Positions 42,660 to 52,504 of a stretch of 64,000 bases of DNA are shown here, piece by piece. The position numbers and the translations under genes were made by a program. The first letter of the stretch is position 1. Each line of letters starts with the position of its first letter. The notes under the pieces are model-generated. The model saw only the letters and a list, made by a program, of their open reading frames with translations, searched no databases and was not told the origin of the DNA. Source of the stretch: an uncultured bacterium (GTDB lineage Bacteria; UBA8481); contig CAZCME010000003.1 of assembly GCA_964499705.1 (NCBI GenBank), positions 186,001 through 250,000 on the forward strand, given 5' to 3'.

Positions 42660-43169
42660 CCATAATCCGAGCACACGCTGCAGTATAGACCGGCGGTTGT
42701 CCCTCGGGAAGGTGAAGGCAGATTTAGTCGAACGATGGCTCTGGCGTCGCCGCATTCCGCGCGATCCACCCGTCCGAGGCTTCGGACGGGTGGATCGCGC
42801 GGCACCTGGCCACTTTCATTCCGAAATGTCCATTCGCCCCCGCATGGAGCACGCATTTCTCTTCCTGCGTTCCGATGGATCTGCCCCTTCTCCCTACGAG
42901 AACCATTCTTCGGGGTAGCTATCGTCTTCGATCCAGGGCTGTGTGGCGTCTTGAGCCGTGCCCGGCTTCCCGGCTTCGTTCGCCTTCGCGCTCACGATCC
43001 GCGGCGGCGGCGCTTGCGGGGGGCGTGGGCCTCTCTGATGTGCTGGGTGATCTGCGCCAGAAAGTCGAGCGGCGCGAAGACTTCGAAGTTGCGGGTGATT
43101 CCAGGAAGCGTCGGCGAGTTCCAGCCGGGAAAGTGGAAGAGTTTCGGGCAAAGCCGGCTCTCCAGTCAT
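42660..43169 (-). pseudogene. Degenerate IS91-family transposase C-terminal relic
   Basis: 90 bp nearly identical to 46898-46987 (NFEVFAPLDFLAQITQH); scattered CGGE and ILQRVLGLW fragments. Confidence 0.55.
42757..42802. repeat. Perfect 21-bp-stem hairpin
   Basis: CCGCGCGATCCACCCGTCCGA-GGCT-TCGGACGGGTGGATCGCGCGG. Confidence 0.9.
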
Positions 43170-43329
43170 AATCCAAAGAGGGCGATTCGTACACGGAGAG
43201 CGATCTCGTGCGGGAGATCGAGAACGCGTTGCGGCACATGAGGACGCCGTCGGGCGGCGGGGATACGATTCGCGGGGAGTGTGTTAAAGACGATTATCAG
43301 ATCACGGATCCGAAAGCCGCGGAAGCACG

Positions 43330-43887
43330 CTACGTCAGGACCTTCTGAACGTTGTTGAAATTCTCCGGGGTGCAGGAAAGCGCAATGGGTTTCTGGAGCC
43401 AGGATCCTTTGATGAGAATGTTGCGGCGATTCTCATTCACGTCCACGCGAGATATCTCGGAATACGGAATGAAGACGTTCTGCTCCGCCCGCGCGGATAC
43501 GCCCGCCGCTATTCCCGTGAGGATGCCTCGCACGACGACCGCCTCGGAAGCCGCTTTCGCTTCTCTTCCATCGATGCTCCGCACGCCTCGATCCGAGATG
43601 ATGAACGTGACGCGGAATCCGCCGAAGAGATCGATCGCTCCGCCGATCAGAACAAATAGAACCATCAGGCCGCAGAAGATTCCGAGCGCGACCAGGAGTC
43701 CCGTCATGCTCTTGCTGATGAAGAGAAAGAGGAGCCCGAGGAAGAAGAGCCCTAGGAAGAAGGCTCCAGCGTCGAAACAGATGCTCACCCCGGACCAGGC
43801 GGAGGGATTATTGAGGACATGGATGCGCGAATCCCATGCCTTGAGGATGGTTTCATCCGCCGGAATCGCGCTGGCGGCTACCGTCAT
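43330..43887 (-). CDS. Hypothetical membrane protein (2 TM + PH-like C-terminus)
   Basis: ATGA-coupled to the upstream large gene; two hydrophobic helices. Confidence 0.65.
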   Translation of the reverse strand: MTVAASAIPADETILKAWDSRIHVLNNPSAWSGVSICFDAGAFFLGLFFLGLLFLFISKSMTGLLVALGIFCGLMVLFVLIGGAIDLFGGFRVTFIISDRGVRSIDGREAKAASEAVVVRGILTGIAAGVSARAEQNVFIPYSEISRVDVNENRRNILIKGSWLQKPIALSCTPENFNNVQKVLT

Positions 43888-46448
43888 CGCGGTTCGCTCA
43901 TCGGCTTGGGAGGATCATCGTCCGGCTTCTCGCTGAAGGTGAAATCGATATGGACTTTGGCCGCTTGATATCCAAACTGATCCTCGCGGTACGTGATCTG
44001 ATACGGAGTCTTCGGCTCATCGTTCTCCCAATGGATATGCTGCGAGACGCTCGTCTTCAGGTATTCGGCGGAGACAAGCTGGAAGCCTACCGGGCGGTCA
44101 TTCACTTCGTCCGCCATGACGGAGAAATCGAAATGCTCGCCTATATCCCTGCGCGTTGAGTGATATGCCAATGGAATCCCTCGCGCGATGATGGTCCATT
44201 TCTCCAATTCCTGCTTCTTGGGATCGTTCCGTTGAGCCATCCGCGTGATCGTCAGTTGATCGACCATTGTCTTTGCATCATTGAAGATGCCTTCGACGTG
44301 AACTTTCGCGGGATTGACGATGTCGAAATCGCTGCGATGGAGAAAATCCGCGGTGAATGCGTTGCCTTTCAGAGTGAAGGTCACGTCGTCCCCGATCAAC
44401 TGAAGGCTCGCTATCGATGGGCCGTTCGCTCTTTTTTCATAATCCTCTTCGTATGGAGCGCGCACCTGCACCATGGTCTGTCCCTGCAGAAGTATATTGA
44501 AGCCCAGGTACTTGCAGATGAACTCCAGTTCCGGCATATCCACTTTCACGTCGATGCCGGAGACTAGGTCGAATCGGCGGATGAGAGCCTCGCCTGTGCT
44601 CGATCCGGCCGCTCCGGCGGAGATCTTCAGCGTTGCCGTGACCGGATAAACGCCTGTCGTGTCATACTGGAACTGGCGCTGCGCCGGATCGGACAGCTCC
44701 TTCCCGCCGCTCCACTTCCAGGTGAAGTCCATGAAGACGTTCCGGCGGCAGAGGGTGGAGAGAATCTCCTTCGCGCGCCGCATTTTTTCGCTGAAACCGT
44801 AGTCGGCGATTTCAGCCACGATCGTGACCAGGAGCTTCTCGTTCGCTTTCAGCGCGGCGGGAATGGGTGTGTATTTCATCAGGACCGGCACGTGCGAGAG
44901 CTGGTCCATCAGGTTGAGATATTCGAGCGTGAGTTCCTCGCGTCGTGCTCGCCATGCCGCCAGGATGACGGGATAGCAGCGGGCGAAAATGGCCTCCCCG
45001 ACCCGCTGATCCGTCTTCCCGGTCTCCGCGCCGCCGATGTCGCGCGCCGACGCGTTCCTCGATCGGGTCATGACGACCGCTTCGAGCTTCTTCTCGTCGT
45101 CGATCTTCGCGACGAGTTCGTCGAGCGTGTATCCGCGGTCCTCTACATCGGTGCGACCGACAGCGGTCTGGACGCCGGCCATCAGGTCCCACGCCTCCTG
45201 CGTTGACGCGGCGAATTCATAACCGTTCGTTTTGGCCGACTCGATCACCCAGTTGGTGACGTCCGCCAGAAACCCGACGGGGAAGGACGCCATGCCCGCC
45301 ATCCCGGCGAGCGCCGACGAAACCGCCTGGTGATATTCCTCTTCGCCCGCGAATCTCGCCGTCTGGCGCACGTGCAGCATCACGGTGATGGCGGTCATGA
45401 CGCGGTCGAAGGTCACGAGCTCCCCGGCCTCGCTCATCAGCTTCGAGAACCTCCCGCCGCCGGTGAGTTCCTTCATGGCTTGCTGCAGGATCTTCCGTTC
45501 CGCCGCCGGCGCCTGGGACAGCCGAGAGAGCATCGACGCCTCGGTGCGGCTGCGCGCGAGAACAGCGTTGATTTCATTTTCGAGATCGCCTACCGCTGCA
45601 GGATTTCTCTTCAGAGCCGCCGCCAGTTTCTTCACTTGCTTGCGCCATTCAGGATCGAGATTCACGCGAGCGAGATCCTTGGCTTTGGCGAGATCGCGGT
45701 CGAGGCGTTCGAGATACTTCGCGACCTTGTCGCCTCGCCCCTCATGAAGCTCCTCCACGATGTGGTCGGCCCACTGCGTCGTTGTGTTGCACATGCCCGG
45801 CACGTCGTATCGTGCGATGCCCTCGGACATATGCGTCAGATCGGTGAACCCGGTGAATACTTTCCCGTCGCGTGTATAGAAGATGCGACCGGCCTGTTCC
45901 TCGTACGCCTGCGTCCAGACTTTCGCTCCGCTTCCGTAGAGCCCCTCCGCGAACTGGGCGGGCGCCTCGGTAACGGATCCCGTGTAGCCGAGATTGGGGA
46001 CGTTGCCGACCTTTCGGAATCGCGCGAGAGCGTCGGATGCATCCTCCACGCCGGCCATGAGCTGCGATGGCGGATAGAGGTTGACGTTCTTCAATACCTT
46101 ATCCGCGTCCTTCCCGAATTCCTGCTTCATCATATCGGTCAGAGTGGCGCGCGCGCGGAGCCATTCGCGTTGCGCCTCGGCGGGCGATGCGGCTTTGGAG
46201 ATGAGCCGGATATCGTGATCCGAAACGGAACCGGCAACCTTGAGAGCATCCTTGTAGTTCTTGCCTGAGATCCAGGAGCCGAGACCAACGGCGTCCTGTC
46301 CGGAAGTGGCGACGAATTGCTTCAGGACATTCTGGACGCGGATGTTGGTGGGGAGGCCGGATCCGGGAATCTGAGCCGTCGTCTGTGGAATGCAGCCGAA
46401 GGCAATGAGAGCCGAGCAAATAAGGTGTGTGATCCAACGTGCGCGCAT
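43884..46448 (-). CDS. Large secreted hypothetical protein with nucleotidyltransferase-like GS...DxD motif and PKD-like segment
   Basis: GGAGG SD; signal peptide; 854-aa open frame; LGSWIS...SDHDIRL; QFQYDTTGVYPVTATL. Confidence 0.75.
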   Translation of the reverse strand: MRARWITHLICSALIAFGCIPQTTAQIPGSGLPTNIRVQNVLKQFVATSGQDAVGLGSWISGKNYKDALKVAGSVSDHDIRLISKAASPAEAQREWLRARATLTDMMKQEFGKDADKVLKNVNLYPPSQLMAGVEDASDALARFRKVGNVPNLGYTGSVTEAPAQFAEGLYGSGAKVWTQAYEEQAGRIFYTRDGKVFTGFTDLTHMSEGIARYDVPGMCNTTTQWADHIVEELHEGRGDKVAKYLERLDRDLAKAKDLARVNLDPEWRKQVKKLAAALKRNPAAVGDLENEINAVLARSRTEASMLSRLSQAPAAERKILQQAMKELTGGGRFSKLMSEAGELVTFDRVMTAITVMLHVRQTARFAGEEEYHQAVSSALAGMAGMASFPVGFLADVTNWVIESAKTNGYEFAASTQEAWDLMAGVQTAVGRTDVEDRGYTLDELVAKIDDEKKLEAVVMTRSRNASARDIGGAETGKTDQRVGEAIFARCYPVILAAWRARREELTLEYLNLMDQLSHVPVLMKYTPIPAALKANEKLLVTIVAEIADYGFSEKMRRAKEILSTLCRRNVFMDFTWKWSGGKELSDPAQRQFQYDTTGVYPVTATLKISAGAAGSSTGEALIRRFDLVSGIDVKVDMPELEFICKYLGFNILLQGQTMVQVRAPYEEDYEKRANGPSIASLQLIGDDVTFTLKGNAFTADFLHRSDFDIVNPAKVHVEGIFNDAKTMVDQLTITRMAQRNDPKKQELEKWTIIARGIPLAYHSTRRDIGEHFDFSVMADEVNDRPVGFQLVSAEYLKTSVSQHIHWENDEPKTPYQITYREDQFGYQAAKVHIDFTFSEKPDDDPPKPMSEPR

Positions 46449-46762
46449 GATTAATTCCTCCCGGCGGGTGAATTCGTTGATGGGACAACGAAGGATATTT
46501 GAATATAGAGCTGGATGCTGATGCTGGCTGCCGCTGCATCAAAGCGGTCTCTGCGGAAGAAATATCCGATGGGGACTACGGCGTAGTCAAATGACCGTGG
46601 TATTTCGTCTCGACGTATTTGCAGTGCTCCGTCTCGTAAGGCTGACATTTTCTTCATAATAAAACATGCCGTTCGGGCCGCTATGACACCAGTCACGGTT
46701 GCCAGGGATATATGACAACGGAATAAGAGTGGCATATTGAAGGTACTCGTCAGAGTGACGTA

Positions 46763-47035
46763 CTAGCCGGTATTGTCGCGAGTTCGTATGGGCTCGGCGG
46801 CTGGCCGCATAGGGATCTGCCCCTTCTCCCGCCGAACTCCACGTGCTCGGTTCGAATACCAGCCGTAATACCGGATCAGGTGTTGTCCTCGGTCAGGGAT
46901 GTGCTGGGTGATCTGCGCCAGAAAGTCGAGCGGCGCGAAGACTTCGAAGTTGCGGGTGATTCCAGGAAGCGTCGGCGAGCTCCAGCCAGACGCCTCGCTA
47001 AATCGGTTCGACTTATAAAGCCGGCTCCCAATCAT
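46763..47035 (-). pseudogene. IS91-family (Y2) transposase fragment
   Basis: PLDFLAQITQHIPDRGQHLIRYYGWYSNRARG matches the IS91 H.P....RYYG catalytic region. Confidence 0.8.
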
Positions 47036-47230
47036 CTCGATTCTCGCGGGACGTTGCTCATGCCTGACGGGCTTCCGGGTTTTTCTTTCCGGTGTCGACG
47101 GCGCCGCCTGTGATGAGGAGTGTCGAGAAGAGGATGAACGAAAGAATCATCGGCGGGTAGACGTCGTTCTTGATCGGCATGCTCCGTGTGTAAAACCGGG
47201 GATCGGATTTCTTATCGAACGAATATTCCA

Positions 47231-47341
47231 AGCACGCCGATGGCGAGCACTAGCTCTCCAGGGCCGCGCGAAGATTTCCTCCGGCATTCTTCAGGCGCGC
47301 CCGCGAATCTTTCCGGGATAAGCCGGTGCGGGCCATGACGA
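47231..47341. repeat. 111-bp direct repeat, right copy
   Basis: Matches 42536-42646. Confidence 0.92.
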
Positions 47342-48176
47342 GCGCGAGCTTGATGTCATCGCGCGCTTCTTTCCGGATTAGCAGGGCTTCTTTCCGGGAG
47401 ACGCCGCCGATATCAATCATCAGTCGATTCGCGCGCGCATCGAGCTTGGCGCACCATGTTTTCAGATCCACCATCCGGTTGCCGTACACCTTGCCGGCGA
47501 TCACCATCGCCGTCGTGGAGATGCTGTGCAGGATGCTCTTCGTCGTGAGTCCCGATTTCATCCGCGTCGAACCTGCAAGAACTTCGGGCCCGACGGGCAC
47601 GGCGATGAGATGATCGACATAGCGCGGCCTGGGTATGATGTTCATCGTCACGAGAGCCGTGGAGGATTTACGCGCGTGCGCGGCGGCGAGCGCGCCGCGG
47701 ACATAGGGCGCCATGGAGGAAGCGGAGATTCCGATGACGAGATCGTTGCCGCGCAGTTTCAGCGCGTCGATCTCCGCCCTGCCCCTCGCGGCATCGTCCT
47801 CGGCGCCTTCAATGCTTCTGCGGAGCGCGGCGGGTCCTCCGGCGATGAGCCCCATCGCGCTCCCCGGCCCCTTCCGCGGGAGTCCGAAGGTCGGAACAAG
47901 TTCCGCCGCGTCGATGACACCGAGCCGACCGGATGTGCCCGCGCCGATGTAGACGACGCGCCCGCCCGAGACGATGGCGTTCGCGAAATCGCGGGCGACG
48001 GCGGCGATCGTGTCGGCAGACTCCGCGATACGCGCCACCGCGCGGGCATCCTCGGCCGCGATGAGTCGGACGATCTCCGTCGGCTTCATGAGATCCAGGT
48101 CTCGTGAATGCGGATTGGGGGATTCCGTGACCAGTTCAGCCCAGGGATCCTTCTTTCGCGGCGTTCGTTTCATCAT
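47250..48176 (-). CDS. murQ: N-acetylmuramic acid 6-phosphate etherase
   Basis: TESPNP, GAGTSGRLG..DA.E, EGAED, GPEVLAGSTRMK. Confidence 0.95.
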   Translation of the reverse strand: MMKRTPRKKDPWAELVTESPNPHSRDLDLMKPTEIVRLIAAEDARAVARIAESADTIAAVARDFANAIVSGGRVVYIGAGTSGRLGVIDAAELVPTFGLPRKGPGSAMGLIAGGPAALRRSIEGAEDDAARGRAEIDALKLRGNDLVIGISASSMAPYVRGALAAAHARKSSTALVTMNIIPRPRYVDHLIAVPVGPEVLAGSTRMKSGLTTKSILHSISTTAMVIAGKVYGNRMVDLKTWCAKLDARANRLMIDIGGVSRKEALLIRKEARDDIKLALVMARTGLSRKDSRARLKNAGGNLRAALES

Positions 48177-48207
48177 GACGCGGCCATTATTTCACGACTG
48201 CGATCCG

Positions 48208-50025
48208 CTATCCATTCGGATGAAGCGGAGGAATCGGCGCATCGAGCGTCGCGGCGATGGCGCGAACGATCTCCGCCTCCTCCACCGTGATACGACCGTC
48301 GACGCCCGCCGCGTCGAGGATCGCCTCGACGATCTTTGCCTTCAGGGCGGGCGCCGTGTGGGCGAGCTCGGCGAGAGCCTTATCGATATTCCGGTATGAG
48401 CATTGATCGTGGGGCACGATCGAGCCGGTCGCGCCGAGCGTTTCCATGCCCTTGTCGAACGCTTTCTTTTCCGGGGCGGAATCGTGATGGCTCATGTGCG
48501 CGACGGCGGAAATGATCAGCACCGCCTCATCCTGCACCTGCGCCAACGAGCGATGCTTGACGACGGAGGCGCGACGGCGGTCGGGATCGAGATGATGAGC
48601 GATCATGCGTTCGAGCGCGAATTCGAAGAGTGAAAGCTCCTGGTCGGCCTCGATGATCTTGTGGAGCCCGGAGCGAAACTCCTCGACCTGAGGTTTCGAG
48701 AGGAGCTTCAGGGACGGCAGGGCGACATCGACGATCATGAGACGCTTTTCTTTTCCCATGCCGGCGCAGATGCCGCGCATCTTCAGGATCATCTCGGCGA
48801 AATCGGCGTCGGAGTTATCCCTGACCCATTGCGCGGTCTTTTCATTCTGCACGAGCAGACCGTAGAGGATGGAGATTGTGCCGAGGGGATCCGCGAGAGC
48901 GTCGGTAAGAGCGGGAGGGAGCGCTTCGAGAGCGGAGTGGGCGTGGTTGAGGCGCGCCTGGTCGACCCTGCCCATGCCGGCGATGATGGTACCGGATTGA
49001 AAACCCATGCGCCCGTCCTCCGGCATGTTGCCCGACCGGTCGGAAATCTCCTCGGTGACGGGCTGCTGGAGAATCCGCTCGATCCGGTCCTTGATCGGAG
49101 GATGCGTGGCGAAGAGCGAGCTGACTCCCATGGAAAAGAAGAGGTGGCTGGCTTCGCTGGCGTGATCCGCCTCGATCTTCGAGCCGATTCCCGCGATCTT
49201 TTTCAAGGCGCCCGCAATGCCGCCGGGATTGCGGGTAAACTGGACGGCGGAGGAATCCGCAAGATACTCGCGCTGCCGCGAGACGGCGGCCCGGATCAAG
49301 CCGCCGAAAAAGGCGCCGACGGATCCGATGATGTACAGAGCGAGGCCGAACAGTGCGAGGACCGCGAGAGCTTTTCCTTCATCTTTGCCGCCTCGGGAGT
49401 TTCCCATGAGCCGCAGCAGGATGTAGCCGATGATGCTGATGACGACGAGGCCGTGAATGAGGCCGATGAGGCGGATGTTGAGGCGCATGTCGCCGTTGAA
49501 GATGTGGCTGAATTCATGAGCGATGACGCCCTGGAGCTCATCGCGCGAAAGCTGTTCCACGCAGCCGCGCGTCACGCCGATGACGGCGTCGCCGGGAGTG
49601 AAACCCGCGGCGAAGGCGTTGATCGAGGAATCGGCCAAGATATAGACGGGCGGCACGGATGTGCCCGAGGCGATGGCCATTTCCTCCACGACATTCAGGA
49701 TTTTTTTCTCATGGAGATCCTGGGTATGTCGATGGAGCAGTTGCCCGCCGAGCATTTCGGCGACGGCCTGCCCGCCGCTGGAGAGCTGCGCGGTCTTGTA
49801 TGAACTTCCGAGCACGATGATGAGGAGAACGGCCGCGCCCGTCATGCCGAGCAATCCCGGATCCCAGTAATGGATCTCCCGCCCGGGCTGATCGGAGACG
49901 ATTCCCATGATGAGAATGACGGCCAGGTAGAGCGAGATGATGACCGCGACGATCGAGAGGCAGAAGAGGAACATCAGCCTTCCGGTTTTCTTTCGCGCGG
50001 CGGCCTGGTGCTCGAAGAAGTTCAT
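48208..50025 (-). CDS. M48-family (HtpX-like) zinc metalloprotease, long form
   Basis: INAFAAG, HEFSH, SRQREYLAD, THPP. Confidence 0.92.
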   Translation of the reverse strand: MNFFEHQAAARKKTGRLMFLFCLSIVAVIISLYLAVILIMGIVSDQPGREIHYWDPGLLGMTGAAVLLIIVLGSSYKTAQLSSGGQAVAEMLGGQLLHRHTQDLHEKKILNVVEEMAIASGTSVPPVYILADSSINAFAAGFTPGDAVIGVTRGCVEQLSRDELQGVIAHEFSHIFNGDMRLNIRLIGLIHGLVVISIIGYILLRLMGNSRGGKDEGKALAVLALFGLALYIIGSVGAFFGGLIRAAVSRQREYLADSSAVQFTRNPGGIAGALKKIAGIGSKIEADHASEASHLFFSMGVSSLFATHPPIKDRIERILQQPVTEEISDRSGNMPEDGRMGFQSGTIIAGMGRVDQARLNHAHSALEALPPALTDALADPLGTISILYGLLVQNEKTAQWVRDNSDADFAEMILKMRGICAGMGKEKRLMIVDVALPSLKLLSKPQVEEFRSGLHKIIEADQELSLFEFALERMIAHHLDPDRRRASVVKHRSLAQVQDEAVLIISAVAHMSHHDSAPEKKAFDKGMETLGATGSIVPHDQCSYRNIDKALAELAHTAPALKAKIVEAILDAAGVDGRITVEEAEIVRAIAATLDAPIPPLHPNG

Positions 50026-50050
50026 GGAGTCGGATCCCTGTGAATCAGAC

Positions 50051-50653
50051 TCAGCTGAAGCTCACCTTGACGGCCTGCTTCGCCTCGGCGGATTGCACTT
50101 CCCAGAGCGGGGCTTCCTGGAAACCGAACATGCCCGCGAAGAGCACATTGGGGAAGGACTCGCGATCGGTGTTGTAGGCCATGACGCTGTCGTTGTACGC
50201 CTGCCGCGCGAACGCGACCTTGTTTTCGGTGGAGGTGAGTTCCTCCTGCAGCGACATCATGTTCTGGTTGGCCTTCAGATCCGGATAGGCTTCCGCGACC
50301 GCAAAGAGCCTGCCGAGCGCGCCGGTCAGGGCGCCTTCGGCTCCCATGAGAGCCTTCATGGCGTTCGGATCGGCGGGATTGATGGCCGCTTTCTCACGCG
50401 CACCGGAAGCCTGGTTCCGCGCCGCGATGACCGCTTCGAGCGTCTGGCGTTCGTGCGCGAGGTAACCCTTGCAGGTCTCGACGAGATTGGGGATGAGATC
50501 GTAGCGACGCTGGAGCTGGACATCGATCTGCGACCAGGAATTCTTGTTACGATTCCTCAGGACGACGAGCCGGTTGTAGATGCCGACGACCAAGACGATG
50601 AGACCAAGCGCGATAACGCCCAGCACGATGAAAATGATGATGCCTGTACCCAT
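50051..50653 (-). CDS. lemA: LemA family protein
   Basis: QLQRRYDLIPNLV, YPDLKAN, TENKVAFARQ.YN. Confidence 0.95.
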   Translation of the reverse strand: MGTGIIIFIVLGVIALGLIVLVVGIYNRLVVLRNRNKNSWSQIDVQLQRRYDLIPNLVETCKGYLAHERQTLEAVIAARNQASGAREKAAINPADPNAMKALMGAEGALTGALGRLFAVAEAYPDLKANQNMMSLQEELTSTENKVAFARQAYNDSVMAYNTDRESFPNVLFAGMFGFQEAPLWEVQSAEAKQAVKVSFS

Positions 50654-50732
50654 GATGCCTCCCTGATCCCGCGGACCGATACGGTGAGCTTACGGCGGAA
50701 ACGGGCGATGGGACAGAAGATTCCCATCGTGG

Positions 50733-50963
50733 TAGAAGTTCCCCATCAAAAATATTAACAGGATAGGCAGGATGGGCAGGATCAATCAGCGCTTTCGAAT
50801 CGACGCGCCGCGCTATGTTGGGGAGTTCATTTCGGACGCGAACCTTGTGCGGGGAATCAACGTAATATTGTGGAACTGCGCGCGATCAAAGGTCGTGTCC
50901 AATGCGGATTCTATCAACATCAAATCCTGCCGATCCTGTTAATTTTCCGCCATCGGATGGGGA
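50733..50963. mobile_element. Partial copy of the CAGAAGTTC MITE family
   Basis: tagaagttccccatcaaaaat...aacaggataggcaggat left arm; atcctgccgatcctgttaat...ggatgggg right arm lacking the terminal bases. Confidence 0.72.
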
Positions 50964-50980
50964 CATGATACGATGGGCGG

Positions 50981-52228
50981 ATGACTCGCAATTCTCCTCT
51001 CTGGTTTTCCTGCGCCGTTTTGGTCATGCTCGCGGCGATCTCCGGTTGCATCTCCATTCATCGCAAGGAAATCCCCGTTCCCGACCAGCCCACGGCGGCT
51101 CCGCTCGTTCTTCCGGACACGATCTCGATCGGCCTGGCCGTCGGCAAGGCTCAGATCGTCGTGAGCCTTCCTGCGGGCAGCAGGGCGACCGGTTCCGTCG
51201 AATCACGCCGGGTCGGCGCCGCGGGGGACGTCAGGTTCGTCGCGGAGACGGGCGGCGTCCGGTGCGGAGACCTGGGCATCGGCCTCTCCTCGCGCATCCG
51301 GATTCAGCCGGATCGAGATCGGTTTCTCAGCTTCTATAACATCCGTTATCGCGGCGAATTCTTTCTTCTTCCAGGATCAGATTCGTCCGGCAATCCCGTC
51401 CTCACGCTTGTGAACGTCCTTGCTCTCGATGACTATCTGCTCGGCGTCGTGCCGAAGGAGATCGGCATCGTGCGCGACGATCATGTGGAGGCGATGAAGG
51501 CGCAGGCGGTGACGGCGCGAACGTATTCCGTCCGCAACAAGGGCCGGCGCGCGTCTCTCGGATTCGACCTCTTCGCCACATCGGAGGATCAGGTGTACGG
51601 CGGAGTCAATGCCGAGATCGGCATCACGAGCAGGGCCGTTCAGCAGACGCGCGGCGAAATACTCGTGTACCAGGGGGATTTCGTGGAGGCGTTTTATCAC
51701 TCCACGTGCGGCGGACGCACGGCATCGATGCAGGAAGTCTGGGGCGTCGACCGGCCGTATCTTCGTGGAAGCTCCGATCTGATCGGAGATACCTTCGCCT
51801 GCTCGATCTCCAGATATTTTCAATGGACCGAAATCTATCGCGGCGAAACATACGCGCGCCTGGCGTCACCCGCGCCGGACATCCGGATCGAGATCCTCGA
51901 AAGAGACACGGGAGGGCGGTGCCTCAATATCGCGGTGGTGCGAGGGGATTCCAGGCTCCTCGTGCGCGGCGACTGGATCAGGAAGACGGTCCGGCGTCCG
52001 GATGGGGGACTCCTGAGGTCGAGCTGGTTCGACGTCCGCCATGAAACGGGCGCCTTGATTTTGGAGGGGCGAGGCTGGGGCCATGGCATCGGAATGTGCC
52101 AGATGGGCGCCATCGGCCGCGCGCGCGCGGGGCAGTCCTATCGCGAGATCCTGGCCGTTTATTATCCCGGCGCGGAAATCAAGCCCTTGCGCAATGGCGT
52201 GCCGTCGTATCAGAATTCAGGTGGGTAA
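50981..52228 (+). CDS. SpoIID/LytB-domain peptidoglycan lytic transglycosylase (lipoprotein)
   Basis: YL.GVVP.E, KAQAV.ARTY, QVY.G, STCGG.T, GHG.GMCQ.GA. Confidence 0.92.
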   Translation: MTRNSPLWFSCAVLVMLAAISGCISIHRKEIPVPDQPTAAPLVLPDTISIGLAVGKAQIVVSLPAGSRATGSVESRRVGAAGDVRFVAETGGVRCGDLGIGLSSRIRIQPDRDRFLSFYNIRYRGEFFLLPGSDSSGNPVLTLVNVLALDDYLLGVVPKEIGIVRDDHVEAMKAQAVTARTYSVRNKGRRASLGFDLFATSEDQVYGGVNAEIGITSRAVQQTRGEILVYQGDFVEAFYHSTCGGRTASMQEVWGVDRPYLRGSSDLIGDTFACSISRYFQWTEIYRGETYARLASPAPDIRIEILERDTGGRCLNIAVVRGDSRLLVRGDWIRKTVRRPDGGLLRSSWFDVRHETGALILEGRGWGHGIGMCQMGAIGRARAGQSYREILAVYYPGAEIKPLRNGVPSYQNSGG

Positions 52229-52250
52229 GGGGGAATTCGTGGAGGAAGAC

Positions 52251-52502
52251 ATGGCAAGAGTCAGGCCGTTCGATGAAGACGACATGAGCAATTTCGCGTT
52301 CGAGCGTTTCGATGATGATGAAAAAACGGATGAGGATCTTCTGAACGACTGGAACACCGAGGGGCCCGAGGACGAAAAGGAAAAAGAAGCCCCGGACGCG
52401 CCCGCGCTCGAATTGCCCGATGAGCCGGATACGTTGCTGGACGACGAGGAACCGCTCGAAGAACCCTCCGAGGAAGAATCCGAACTGGACGAAGAAGAAT
52501 AG
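52251..52502 (+). CDS. Highly acidic small protein (83 aa, 38 D/E)
   Basis: GGAGG SD before ATG 52251; fills the gap between SpoIID and the next gene. Confidence 0.7.
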   Translation: MARVRPFDEDDMSNFAFERFDDDEKTDEDLLNDWNTEGPEDEKEKEAPDAPALELPDEPDTLLDDEEPLEEPSEEESELDEEE

Positions 52503-52504
52503 GC

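Larger units (their letters stand above)
42647..47230 (-). mobile_element. Non-autonomous IS91-like element or island with cargo genes
   Basis: IS91-type transposase relics at both ends; oriIS-like AAATTCCTATC (minus strand) at 42649-42660; related motif plus GAAC at 47205-47220; flanked by the 111-bp repeats. Confidence 0.7.

Noticed and set aside
46451-46735. 94-aa ORF inside the island
   Set aside because: Low-GC and no motif; more likely the promoter region of the cargo gene.
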